A DNA stretch of 64,000 nt from an uncultured Nitrospiraceae bacterium (GCA_963706325.1 CAVPLT010000006.1:96001-160000), one strand, 5' to 3'; shown: positions 8,995 through 18,989, counted from the first letter of the stretch. A program made the numbers and translations. The notes: generated from the letters alone by a model not told the origin.

Positions 8995-9310
8995 ATTGTA
9001 GCGCCTCGGCAAAAGTCCGATAGTCCCGAAAATCGATCGGGCCCGAATCATCGGGAAGCGGCCTACGGTTGAACAAAAATGTAATCAGGCGACGATAGTG
9101 CGCGTACCAGCGGCAGGCATTCAGATAGACCGCCTCAAATTCCCCGTCATCTCGCCATAGCGACCAATCGGGCTGGTCATTCACGATGATTTCCAGCCAG
9201 AGAATGCGGCGTCCACGAGGGGTACCGAGGGCCTCTGCGACAGAGTCAGTATTCAGATAGGCAGGAAGCAACTTAAATGACGTGGACGATCCATTCGACG
9301 GAACAAACAT
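8975..9310 (-). CDS. Hypothetical protein, possible antitoxin partner of the NTase
   Basis: 111 aa ORF overlapping the start of the NTase pseudogene. No recognised motif. Confidence 0.6.
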   Translation of the reverse strand: MFVPSNGSSTSFKLLPAYLNTDSVAEALGTPRGRRILWLEIIVNDQPDWSLWRDDGEFEAVYLNACRWYAHYRRLITFLFNRRPLPDDSGPIDFRDYRTFAEALQFAYHHR

Positions 9311-9366
9311 GTTCTGGAGTCTAGCATAGCGAACAACGAGGGTCAGGACCTATCACCACCCTGCGG

Positions 9367-9888
9367 CTATTCCTTGACCGTCACCTTCATGCGGATCGGC
9401 TCCAGCGGATTGTCGCGCTCGTCGCAAGGCAGCTTCGCGATCATGTCGATGATTTCGATCCCCCGGATGATTTCCCCGAAAATCGAATAACGACGGTCGA
9501 GCCCGCCGTTATCCTGCAGCGAGATGAAAAACTGCGAGCCGTTGTCGTTGAAGTCGCGGGTGCTGTTGCCGTCCCGCGGCATCTTCGCCATGGAGATGGC
9601 GCCGCGCTTATGCGGACGGTCGTTGGGCTCGGGATTGAGAAAGAAGCCTGGGCCACCGGTCCCGTGCGACATCCGGTCGGGTGTCTTGCTCAGCGGATCG
9701 CCGCCCTGGATGATGAAGCCTGGCACGACCCGGTGAAACGTGGTGTCGTCAAAGAAGCCCATCTTCGCCAGGTTGATGAAATTCTCCACATGACGCGGCG
9801 CATCGTCCGGGTAGAACTTTATTCTGATTTCCCCGAACTTGGTGGTAATCGTGGCACGCGGATCTTTTTTCTGAAATTGCATAGTCAT
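9367..9888 (-). CDS. Cyclophilin-type peptidyl-prolyl cis-trans isomerase
   Basis: APRHVENF, FHRVVPGFIIQGGDP, HKRGAISMA and NGSQFFI motifs. Confidence 0.95.
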   Translation of the reverse strand: MTMQFQKKDPRATITTKFGEIRIKFYPDDAPRHVENFINLAKMGFFDDTTFHRVVPGFIIQGGDPLSKTPDRMSHGTGGPGFFLNPEPNDRPHKRGAISMAKMPRDGNSTRDFNDNGSQFFISLQDNGGLDRRYSIFGEIIRGIEIIDMIAKLPCDERDNPLEPIRMKVTVKE

Positions 9889-10081
9889 GGGGCAAATCTA
9901 ACAGGGAGGGGATTCCAACGGCAAGAGGCCAGAACGGCCAACGAGCACGAAGCGAACCGGCGCGCCCCACGAGAACCCTTCACTATGGGGAGGGGAGGAC
10001 AGATCATAGGATTGTCGCTCTCCCGGCAAGAGAGTATCCTTTCGGCGGTCACCGGCCCGAAGGAGAAGTGAGGAGGATTCT

Positions 10082-11611
10082 ATGCCTGAACAAGCGGTTC
10101 TCAATGTCGATCTGGCGGATGTCTGGGAGGAACGCGGCCGGAAAAAGTTCATCCGGACGATAGCCTGGGGCGACGAAGTCACCGTGTTGAAACAACTCAG
10201 CACGCACCTCGAAGTCGGCATCACCGTGTTCCGCCAAAAGCCCGACGGCAGCATCCTTCCCGAGTCCATCACCGGCTATATCGAACCAGCTAAATCTTCC
10301 GGCATCAAAGTCGCCGAGCTGGTCAAGCCCGTCTCAGACAATCGCGTCTTGAAGGTGAATTTCGTCGATGTGCAGCAGGGCGACGGCTCAGTGATCGAAA
10401 CGCCGGACGGGAAAATTATCCTGGTCGACGGGGGTGACAATCAAATGTTCGCGCGGTACCTGGCGGGACGATTTCGCGACACCAGCGCGCAGAGCCCCAA
10501 GGATGTCGAATGCATCGTGGTCACGCATGGGGATGCCGACCATTTCGCCGGCCTCAGCGAGATTCTCAAATCGGAAACGAACAAGGTGAAGCGTAAACGC
10601 CTCTTCATGCAACCCAAGCGGGTCTATCACAACGGAATCGTGAAGCGTCCCAGCAAAATGAACAACAAAACCGTTCCCGACACGAAGCTGCTGGGGCCGA
10701 CCAAGACCGTGGGGGGCCAACTCTACATCACGGGACTGGAGGACGATCTGCTCACCGTCGCGGACAGCGAGATGAACGAGCCGTTCCGCGAATGGAAAGA
10801 CACATTGAACACTTACAACAGCCGCAGCCCGGTCTCATTTCGGCGCCTCCAACTTGGAGATACGCAGGCCTTCGATTTTCTTAACCACGACGATTTACAC
10901 ATCGATGTACTGGGACCAATCACCGCAGAGGTTGATGGAAAACCGGCGCTGCGGTTTCTGGGTGAACCGCCCAAAGGCCCGCGCATCGGCCACGACTCCC
11001 TGAACGACAGCGATGAGGGTTTCACCGGCCATTCCGCCTCCCATACCATCAACGGACACTCCATCGTCCTCCGGCTGAGTTACGGCGGCTTCAGCTTTTT
11101 GTTTTCAGGCGATCTCAACGATGAAGCCAGCCGCTTCCTGGCCCGCGAGCACAACAAGGGCAGCCTTAACCTACGATCCGAAGTGTTCAAGGTACCCCAC
11201 CATGGATCGGCCGATTTCTCCGGCGCGTTCCTTCAGGTCGTGTCGCCCATCGTGAGCGTGGTGTCGAGCGGGGACGAAAGCGCGCGAAAAGAATACATCC
11301 ATCCGCGAGCCACCCTCATGGGAGCCTTGGGCAAATGGTCGCGAGTGCCTGAGCCACTCATTTTTGTGACCGAGTTGGTCGCGTTCTTTAAAACAGAAGG
11401 CCCGTGTCGCCTGCAGGACGACAAGGCCGCCAAAAAGCGTGGGCCGTTCTATGGATTCAGCCGCACCGCCTATGGCCTCGTGAAAACACGCACCGACGGC
11501 ACGCGCCTTTTCGTCTATACGGATAGCGGCAATATCCAGATGAAAGAGGCGTATGCCTATGCCCTCGATACCTCGGGGGTGCCGCAACCAGCCGAGGTGA
11601 TTCGCGCATGA
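10082..11611 (+). CDS. ComEC/Rec2-type metallo-beta-lactamase-fold hydrolase with an extra N-terminal domain
   Basis: Strong GAGGAGG RBS. FVDVQQGD, ILVDGG, THGDADH, FLFSGD, KVPHHGS and HP motifs. Confidence 0.85.
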   Translation: MPEQAVLNVDLADVWEERGRKKFIRTIAWGDEVTVLKQLSTHLEVGITVFRQKPDGSILPESITGYIEPAKSSGIKVAELVKPVSDNRVLKVNFVDVQQGDGSVIETPDGKIILVDGGDNQMFARYLAGRFRDTSAQSPKDVECIVVTHGDADHFAGLSEILKSETNKVKRKRLFMQPKRVYHNGIVKRPSKMNNKTVPDTKLLGPTKTVGGQLYITGLEDDLLTVADSEMNEPFREWKDTLNTYNSRSPVSFRRLQLGDTQAFDFLNHDDLHIDVLGPITAEVDGKPALRFLGEPPKGPRIGHDSLNDSDEGFTGHSASHTINGHSIVLRLSYGGFSFLFSGDLNDEASRFLAREHNKGSLNLRSEVFKVPHHGSADFSGAFLQVVSPIVSVVSSGDESARKEYIHPRATLMGALGKWSRVPEPLIFVTELVAFFKTEGPCRLQDDKAAKKRGPFYGFSRTAYGLVKTRTDGTRLFVYTDSGNIQMKEAYAYALDTSGVPQPAEVIRA

Positions 11612-11644
11612 TCGAGTGGAAACGATTCTTCTGGAGTCGTGACC

Positions 11645-11775
11645 TTACTCCTCCGGCTTCTGACTCGCATCGATCCTCAGCCACATACTCTGCCACTGAA
11701 GGCGATGACGGCCGCCATCAGCAACGCCGCCGTCCAGCCCCACTGGTCGGTCAGCAAGGGAGTGAGACTCGGAGT
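11645..11775 (-). pseudogene. Diverged, frameshifted duplicate of the 3' end of the MFS gene at 12982-14226
   Basis: Translates TPSLTPLLTDQWGWTAALLMAAVIAFSGR(fs)MWLRIDASQKPEE*, versus the MFS end SPSLTPWLADHWGWTASLLFAAFIALCGGLMWMKVDASEAMKK*. Confidence 0.85.
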
Positions 11776-12225
11776 ATGGGCCCGCCTTGCTTTGCGCCAA
11801 TCTCATCACGCCCGACAACCTATTCGCCTGGGTTTTGGAGGGTCCGGTCAACCGCGCAGCCTACTTTCCGGCGCTCACGCCATCGCTGCCGCTTCGAAGA
11901 CCGGCACCGGTCGGTGGACATCCCTGTAAGGTCTCCTTGACAGTGTGACGCAGACTGCCTAGCCTGGTCCCTGACCCTTGCACCTCGCGGCTGTCCAACT
12001 TCGCTTGCCACCGGAAGCAGGGAGACGTCGATGATCCTGGCGTTGTATTTCAGTCAGTGGTCGGGGGAATTTACGAAAGGTGGAAGGTCTAAAACGTTTT
12101 TCGAAAATGGCCCGGCCCCATCCCTTATCTGCTCCGTGCGCGACAAAGATGCGACAAAGACGCCACCCGGTTCCGGCACCCCAACGTTCGCGGACCAATA
12201 CACGTCGGATTGGAGGAATCATCAC

Positions 12226-12699
12226 ATGAGTCACAAGACGAAGGCGCAGAAAGGCTCGGGGCCGGCGATTACCGTCACGCCGGTTGCCGCGGCGATCGGC
12301 GTGGTGCTGCGAGGCGGCGAGGTTCTGCTCATCCGCCGCGCGAATCAGCCGGACGCGGGGAAGTGGGGCTTTCCCGGTGGCAAGATCGAGCCGGGTGAAC
12401 CGGTCCAGGCTGCCGCGGCACGGAAAGTGGCGGAAGAGACCGGCCTCGTCGTGCGCCCGCTGCACGTGTCTACGGCGGTCGACGCGTTCCATCGGAACGC
12501 GAGTGGACAGTTAGTTACCCATTATGTGTTGATCGCCGTGTTATGCGAGTGGGTTTCCGGCGTCCCCCAGGCGGCCGGTGATGCGTTGGAGGCGGAGTGG
12601 TTCCCCATCGAAACGTTGGAATCAGTCGACCTCGTCCAGAGTGTAGACGTCGCACGCATCGCGTCGATGGCCGCGAGGGTTCGGGAGGAATTTCAATGA
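12226..12699 (+). CDS. Nudix hydrolase (ADP-ribose pyrophosphatase/MutT-like), Nudix box RE>RK
   Basis: GGAGG RBS before ATG 12226. KWGFPGGKIEPGE.....AARKVAEETGL and HYVL motifs. Confidence 0.85.
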   Translation: MSHKTKAQKGSGPAITVTPVAAAIGVVLRGGEVLLIRRANQPDAGKWGFPGGKIEPGEPVQAAAARKVAEETGLVVRPLHVSTAVDAFHRNASGQLVTHYVLIAVLCEWVSGVPQAAGDALEAEWFPIETLESVDLVQSVDVARIASMAARVREEFQ

Positions 12700-12854
12700 T
12701 CGCGCTGTTGGTGAAGGATCCTGAATCGGGCAGGCTTCGATGGTTGCGCCCATTCCGCTAATACCCTTGGATCGGCGCTTTGTCCACGGAGTAACTTCCA
12801 AAACCGGTCAGCTGAACCGCTGGGCCCCGGCTTCGTCCTCGAACGTTCTCCTTC

Positions 12855-12944
12855 ATGAGCCCGGCACTGACGGAAGGTAGCGAGACAACGGACCAGAGAA
12901 GACGGGAATCGGTATGGTCGATCGTGCTCGCGGGCGGCGACGGC
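12855..12944 (+). pseudogene. N-terminal fragment of a sugar-phosphate nucleotidyltransferase (mannose-1-P guanylyltransferase-like)
   Basis: VWSIVLAGGDG is the family's N-terminal motif. Similarity stops immediately after it, shortly before the MFS stop. Confidence 0.55.
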
Positions 12945-12981
12945 CACTCGGTCTCAGATCCTTCACGCACCTCACATCCTT

Positions 12982-14226
12982 CTACTTCTTCATGGCCTCG
13001 CTCGCATCGACCTTCATCCACATCAGCCCGCCGCAGAGGGCGATGAATGCGGCGAACAGCAGCGAGGCCGTCCAGCCCCAGTGATCGGCCAGCCAGGGCG
13101 TGAGGCTGGGTGAAATCACGCCACCCACGTTCGCGCCCATGTTCATCACCCCCGACAGAGTGCCGGCATGGGTTTTGGAGAGATCGGTCGTCACGCTCCA
13201 ATAGGCGCCGACGGTGAAATACAACCAGCCGGCACCTAGCGAGAGACAGGCAATGGCCACAACCTGCGAATCGGCCGAGGCGCCGACGGCAATGAGGCCG
13301 CCGGCCAGCACCATGCCGATCATGCCAACGATCGCCCGAGCTTTCGTCAGACCGAGCGTCGAGACCAGGCGATCCGTAGCCCACCCACCGAGCGGGCAGA
13401 AGACGAGAATGGCCACGAAGGGCGCAGCGGCGAGCCAGCCGCCGCGCAACAGATCGATCCCTCGCACGTTCACCAGATAGAGATAAAACCAGGACATGTA
13501 AATGTAGGCAACGTAACCGAGGCAGGCGTAACTCAACACCAGCCAACGCAGTGATGAGGAGCGCGCGAATTGTCGCCACGGAACAACCGAAGGTGGCCGT
13601 AGTGACGCTCGGCTACCTGTCATCGACTGCCCGCGAGAACCGAGCACCCACAAAATCGCCACCGCAAGACCGATCAAGGCGGAAAGGTAGAACACCGTCT
13701 GCCAGTAATAATTCACCATGACCCAGGAGGCGAGGGGAGGGGTGATTGCGGCGCCAACGCCGATGCCGCCGATCGCGATGCCGATACCGAGCCCTCGTTG
13801 AGCCGGCGGAATCCAATCGGCCACGGCCCGATTGAAATTCGGCAGGGCCACGGCTTCACCGACGCCGAGAAGAAAGCGCACGACGATCAGCGCACCGACC
13901 GTCCCGACCATGGTGGCCAGCGGAAGGGTGGCCGCCACCGCCGTCAAGGCGGTGAAGAAGGACCACCAGACCAGCGCGGCAGCTAGCACCACCCGGGCGC
14001 CCCAGCGATCGCCCAGCCATCCGCCGGGAATCTGGCAAAGCGCGTAGCCGAACACGAAGGCGGAAAAGATGTACCCCATGTCCTGATCGGTCAGGCCGTA
14101 GGCCGGCATCATCTGTCGCGCCGTCACGGAAATATTGACCCGATCCATGTAGGTCACTGCGCTGATCGCGAACAACAGGCCGAGAATGCCCCATCGCGGC
14201 CGTCGCACTGCTATCCCAGAGTCCAC
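12982..14226 (-). CDS. MFS transporter, anion:cation symporter (glucarate/galactonate-like) family
   Basis: YMDRVNIS, QIPGGWLGDRWGAR and RFLLGVGEA motifs; about 12 TM. Confidence 0.9.
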   Translation of the reverse strand: MDSGIAVRRPRWGILGLLFAISAVTYMDRVNISVTARQMMPAYGLTDQDMGYIFSAFVFGYALCQIPGGWLGDRWGARVVLAAALVWWSFFTALTAVAATLPLATMVGTVGALIVVRFLLGVGEAVALPNFNRAVADWIPPAQRGLGIGIAIGGIGVGAAITPPLASWVMVNYYWQTVFYLSALIGLAVAILWVLGSRGQSMTGSRASLRPPSVVPWRQFARSSSLRWLVLSYACLGYVAYIYMSWFYLYLVNVRGIDLLRGGWLAAAPFVAILVFCPLGGWATDRLVSTLGLTKARAIVGMIGMVLAGGLIAVGASADSQVVAIACLSLGAGWLYFTVGAYWSVTTDLSKTHAGTLSGVMNMGANVGGVISPSLTPWLADHWGWTASLLFAAFIALCGGLMWMKVDASEAMKK

Positions 14227-14386
14227 AGTCCCCCTGAACCATTCCCTCGCACACCAAAGCTGCGCATTATAGTCCGCTTAGGTGAGCGCCACCAGTCGCC
14301 TCCGAAGGCCGACGGCCGGCTCCTGTATGGATTTCCCTCTGGCTCATCCAGTACACTCAGATTTTTAGCTGGCACATGGAGGTGGA

Positions 14387-17300
14387 GTGAAGGTTCGTCC
14401 GCGCGCAGTCGTGCTGTCTCTGCTCGGCCTCCTCGTCGTGGGTGCGCTCTTGCTTTTGTATTCTCGAGAGCTTTTCGGCGTCGATGTCATTAAGAATTTT
14501 TTCCTGCAACAACTCGAAGCGAGCCTCCGGCGCAAGATCGAGTTCGATCGAATCAAGCTTGTCGTGCTGCCGAGCATTCGGCTTGAACTGACCAACGTCA
14601 GCGTATACGGCCACGACGACCCCACACACGTCGTCTTCAAAGCCAAGGAAATGGACATCGTGTTGCGTCTCCTGCCGCTCCTCAAGCAGCAGGTCGTGGC
14701 AAAACGGCTGTTTCTCGACGAACCGACCGTCACGTTGATACGCAATCACTCCGGCCACTGGAACATTCTCGCCGGACTTCCATCCGCGGCCAAGGACGAA
14801 TCGGCCTACCAGATGTTCAGCCGCCTCCTGCAAATCCGCGAAGCGACCATTCAGAAAGGCCATGTGACCATCACGGACGAAGCGCGGTCCGACGGCGTCC
14901 GAACAGCCATGCTCGAATCAGTTGAGATGGCATTGAAGGTCTATCCGGGAAAAGCCGAGGGCGACCTGCATATCTCCGCCAGCTTACCAGGCAAGGACGC
15001 CCCCTCGGCCTTTTCGTTGACTGGGACCATCGGCTTGAGCGAATCATCTTCGTCCCTGGCGGCGGAGGAGCCTTACTCAGTCAGGCCCGCCTTTCAATTT
15101 GAAGGAGAGATCGAAACCGCGAATCTACGCCTCCGCGAGGCCGCCGATTTCTTCGGACCTCGGCCCGTGCCTGATCAGCTACAAGGCGGCGCGAATTTGA
15201 AGAGCCGCATCCGCGTGGCGCCCGGTGTCGCCGGTTACGACGTGGTCCTGACGGAGATCGCCGCCAACGTCGATCAGCTGGCGGTGACCGGCAAAGCCAA
15301 TCTCGCAGGACTCCTGACGTCCCAACCCACATTCTCCATCACGTTCGCCTCGCCACCCATCGATCTTAAGAAACTCTTCGCGCATATTCCCGCGCAGTGG
15401 ATTCATGCGCAATTGCCGGGAATCATCGAGCAACGGCGGCTGGGAGGAACCGTGGAAATCCTCTCCGCCACGCTGACCGGGGCGACGGAGCCAAGCCCGC
15501 AATTGTCACTCACCGGTAATTTCCGCATCGAGAAGGGCGCCGCCCTGATCGGAAACGATCGTGTGCCGACGCAGGATTTGACCGCCTCCGTCTCAGTGGA
15601 GCCAGGCCGTATCAGGGTCGGTAAGCTGACCGGCACCTACGGGACGTTGCAAATGACGGACGGCAAGGCCGTCGTGTCCTTCCTCGAGGCCGGTCCCTGG
15701 ATGGAACTGGATGTCAGCGGCAACATGACCGCGGCTGATCTGGTCAAATTTCTCACTAAGACTATCCGCGCAGACCGACTCACCTCGCTGCTGGCGCAAT
15801 CCCACGACATCGAGGGGCAGACGCATCCGACTTTCCGGCTGGTGGGACCACTGGACCAGCCGGAGGGCATTACATTCGCAGGCGGGGAGGTTTTGGCCGA
15901 GCAGGTTAGCCTCATGAATCCATCGCTGCCGCAGCGGCTCACCGCCGTGCGAGGCCGCATCGTCTTTTCGCAAAACGGCGGCGCGCAATTTGATCAGGTC
16001 ACGGCCAATTTGGGAGATGCGCAGCTCCAATTCAACGGACAGATCAGCGGCGGCACACCGAATCTTTTTCAAGATTTCGTCATCCGCGCGAAGGGCAACG
16101 CCGCCCAGCTCCGCCAGATGCTGTCCGCGGGCGCGTTCCCGGATGATCTGCTCTCCGGTATCATCAATGCCAAGATACAGCTGTCCGGCCCCTCCAGCGC
16201 CCCGCATTTGCGGGGTGAGATCGGCCTGAATGACGCCAAACTCGTGCTCCCGACGGTGGGGGAAAAGCCCCTGGGCTCGCCGGCCTCCTTGGAGCTCGAT
16301 GCCGATGTCACACGTGGAGTAGGTCTGACCATTTCGCGGTTGGAACTGGTGGTGCCGCCGTTTCGGCTGCCGCTAAAGGGCCGCATTACTCTCGGCGATC
16401 AATTTGCAATCGACGCGTCGCTCGCCTCGGGCGCCGTCTCCATATCGAGTCTGCCAGAATGGATCTACAAGAGCGGTTTCGAAGCCGGCAATCTCGAAGT
16501 CTCAATGGATGTAAAGGGCACCGACGCCGAATGGAAAAATTGGCGTGCAAGCGGGTGGCTAGCACTTACCAACGGCTTGATGACAGTCAAGGGCGTGGAA
16601 GGCCCCGTCGAGGATGTTTATCTCCGGTTGAAGTTTTCTAAAAACATCGCCGACATCAAACAGCTTTCATTTCGGATTAAGGACAACGATGTCAGCATGT
16701 CGGGAGCCCTGAAGAACTGGACCACCAAACCGGTGATCGCGATCAAGCTTGAGTCGGCACAAATGGATCTCGACCTGTTGATTCCGAAAGGGCAACGCTC
16801 ACCGATCCGAGAGTTCCTTGAGATCTTAGCCTCGACCAGTCAAGTCAGCGCGACTGCCACGATCGAGAAGGGACTCTACAAACATTTACGGTTTGGAGGG
16901 CTTTCCGGGCGGTTGGTGATCCAGGATGGCCTGTTGGATCTTGACCGCATCGTCGGCCAGTTAGGAACCGGCCATGTGGCCGGCCGGATGGTCGTCCGGC
17001 TTCCCAAGGGCCAGCCCGCGGAAACTGAAACCTCGGTCAGGATGACCGGCATTCCCCTCGAAGCCCTCTTGCCACTGCTGGGCGCGCGCGACATGCCGCT
17101 CACGGGCGACCTGAAACTCTCCGGTGTGCTGCGCGGTCATGGCCGTAATCCCCATGGAGTCCTACCGACCTTCAATGGAAAGACCGAACTGATGGCGCAG
17201 GAGGGACGCATTCTCAAAAGCGAGAAACGCGCAATCTGGAAGATTCTCTCGATTCTGAATCTTCCGTCGGTGCTGTTGGGTAAAGTGGATTTGGATAAAG

Positions 17301-17797
17301 ACGGGTTGCCATACAATCGAATAACCGCGACCGTGACGATTCAAAACGGACTGGTGAAAACACAGAATTTGATCATCGATAGCCCCGTGCTCAAAATCTC
17401 GTCCGTTGGAACCTATGACATGCCCACTGACCAGCTGGACATGATCTGGGCAGTGAGCCCATTCGGCTCCTATTCACAATTCTTAAAATCGATTCCACTC
17501 TTCGGACGGCTGGTGGCCGGAGATCGCAAGGGCCTGGCGACCGCCATGTTTCAAGTGAAAGGGTCCATCGACGATCCGCAAGTCACCTACATGCCGATGA
17601 AGTCGTTCACCACCGGCTTGACCGGTGTCGCGCAACTTGCGTTCGACCTGCTCAAAAACACGGTCATGCTGCCGATCGATATTCTGACCCCGCAAGAGGA
17701 GAAGGATCCGATGTTCGATCCGTCGCTGGAAATCCAGGCACCCTCTGTATCCATCCCGGTCGAACCGCCGGCCGCACCAGTTTCTCCCGCGCCTTGA
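14387..17797 (+). CDS. AsmA-like / YhdP-type large envelope protein
   Basis: 1136 aa. Single N-terminal TM, beta-rich body and C-terminal FLKSIPLFGRL..FQVKGSIDDPQV (AsmA_2-type end). GGAGG RBS. Confidence 0.8.
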   Translation: MKVRPRAVVLSLLGLLVVGALLLLYSRELFGVDVIKNFFLQQLEASLRRKIEFDRIKLVVLPSIRLELTNVSVYGHDDPTHVVFKAKEMDIVLRLLPLLKQQVVAKRLFLDEPTVTLIRNHSGHWNILAGLPSAAKDESAYQMFSRLLQIREATIQKGHVTITDEARSDGVRTAMLESVEMALKVYPGKAEGDLHISASLPGKDAPSAFSLTGTIGLSESSSSLAAEEPYSVRPAFQFEGEIETANLRLREAADFFGPRPVPDQLQGGANLKSRIRVAPGVAGYDVVLTEIAANVDQLAVTGKANLAGLLTSQPTFSITFASPPIDLKKLFAHIPAQWIHAQLPGIIEQRRLGGTVEILSATLTGATEPSPQLSLTGNFRIEKGAALIGNDRVPTQDLTASVSVEPGRIRVGKLTGTYGTLQMTDGKAVVSFLEAGPWMELDVSGNMTAADLVKFLTKTIRADRLTSLLAQSHDIEGQTHPTFRLVGPLDQPEGITFAGGEVLAEQVSLMNPSLPQRLTAVRGRIVFSQNGGAQFDQVTANLGDAQLQFNGQISGGTPNLFQDFVIRAKGNAAQLRQMLSAGAFPDDLLSGIINAKIQLSGPSSAPHLRGEIGLNDAKLVLPTVGEKPLGSPASLELDADVTRGVGLTISRLELVVPPFRLPLKGRITLGDQFAIDASLASGAVSISSLPEWIYKSGFEAGNLEVSMDVKGTDAEWKNWRASGWLALTNGLMTVKGVEGPVEDVYLRLKFSKNIADIKQLSFRIKDNDVSMSGALKNWTTKPVIAIKLESAQMDLDLLIPKGQRSPIREFLEILASTSQVSATATIEKGLYKHLRFGGLSGRLVIQDGLLDLDRIVGQLGTGHVAGRMVVRLPKGQPAETETSVRMTGIPLEALLPLLGARDMPLTGDLKLSGVLRGHGRNPHGVLPTFNGKTELMAQEGRILKSEKRAIWKILSILNLPSVLLGKVDLDKDGLPYNRITATVTIQNGLVKTQNLIIDSPVLKISSVGTYDMPTDQLDMIWAVSPFGSYSQFLKSIPLFGRLVAGDRKGLATAMFQVKGSIDDPQVTYMPMKSFTTGLTGVAQLAFDLLKNTVMLPIDILTPQEEKDPMFDPSLEIQAPSVSIPVEPPAAPVSPAP

Positions 17798-17828
17798 TTA
17801 CGTATCGACCGCGTGATAAATCTATTCC

Positions 17829-18989
17829 ATGAGCCATCCCAATCTGCAGAGCGCCCATCCAGACCAGACGGCGACGGTCTTCGTCGCGGCCAGTGAAACA
17901 GATTCAAATCTCTATTACGCCACGCGATTCATTGCGCCTGATCCCTTCATTTACCTTGAGGTGAAGGGCGAGCGGCTCATGATCATGAGCGACCTGGAAG
18001 TCGACCGGGCGCGCCATCAGGCGACCGTCGATCGCGTGTTATCCTATTCGGAGCTGGAACGGCGCGCGAAAGCGCTGGGGCTAAAGGATCCCGGCACCAT
18101 CGATGTGATTCATCTGGTCTTACAGGACGCCGGGTTAAAAGAGATCCTGGTGCCTTCCACATTTCCCTTTATCCACGCCAGCCGTTTGCAGGAACTCGGG
18201 TATGCGCTTCGCACCAAACGCGAGCCTTTTTATGAGCGCCGTGTGGTGAAGTCGGACGAGGAAGTTCGGCATATCGAAGCCGCGCAGCGCGCCACCGAAA
18301 CGGCCGTCGCTTCCGCGCACCAGAGCCTGCGTCGCGCCGAAATCCGTGACCACCACCTCTGGCTGGATGGCGAATGCCTCACATCTGAGCGCGTCAAGAA
18401 ATTGATTAACGTCGCACTCATGGAATGCGATTGCGTCGCCCAGCATACCATCGTGGCGGGGGGAGAGCAGGCCTGCGATCCGCACGACGAAGGCAGCGGC
18501 CCGCTGCCGGCCCATCGCAGTATTATTTTCGATGTGTTTCCTCGATCCGCCGGCTCACGCTACTTTGCCGATATGTCCCGCACGGTGGTGCGCGGCAAGC
18601 CCTCTCCGGAGTTGACGCGACTGTATCACGCGGTGAAGGATGCTCAGGAAGAAGCCATGACCAAGATCCGCGACGGGGCTGACGGCGCGGTGATCCATCA
18701 AGGCATCTGTGATCGTTTTGAGAAAGCCGGCTACAAAACCGGCCTAGTGAACGGGCGCATGCAAGGCTATTTTCACGGTACCGGTCATGGCGTCGGATTG
18801 GATATTCATGAGTCCCCCCGCATCAGCCGAACCGGCTCGTTGCTCCAGGAGGGGCATGTGGTCACCGTTGAACCCGGGCTGTACTATCCGGGGCTTGGCG
18901 CCGTCCGTATCGAAGACATGGTGCTCGTCACGAAAGACGGTTGCCGCAATCTCACCAACTTTCCAAAACTCTTCGAACTTGGTGAATGA
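17829..18989 (+). CDS. Xaa-Pro aminopeptidase (M24 family)
   Basis: YFADMSRT, HGTGHGVGLDIHE, TVEPGLY and VRIED motifs. Confidence 0.92.
   Translation: MSHPNLQSAHPDQTATVFVAASETDSNLYYATRFIAPDPFIYLEVKGERLMIMSDLEVDRARHQATVDRVLSYSELERRAKALGLKDPGTIDVIHLVLQDAGLKEILVPSTFPFIHASRLQELGYALRTKREPFYERRVVKSDEEVRHIEAAQRATETAVASAHQSLRRAEIRDHHLWLDGECLTSERVKKLINVALMECDCVAQHTIVAGGEQACDPHDEGSGPLPAHRSIIFDVFPRSAGSRYFADMSRTVVRGKPSPELTRLYHAVKDAQEEAMTKIRDGADGAVIHQGICDRFEKAGYKTGLVNGRMQGYFHGTGHGVGLDIHESPRISRTGSLLQEGHVVTVEPGLYYPGLGAVRIEDMVLVTKDGCRNLTNFPKLFELGE

Noticed and set aside
12031..12225. N-terminal extension of the Nudix ORF
   Set aside because: The RBS and domain start point to ATG 12226; the upstream sequence looks like promoter or intergenic DNA.
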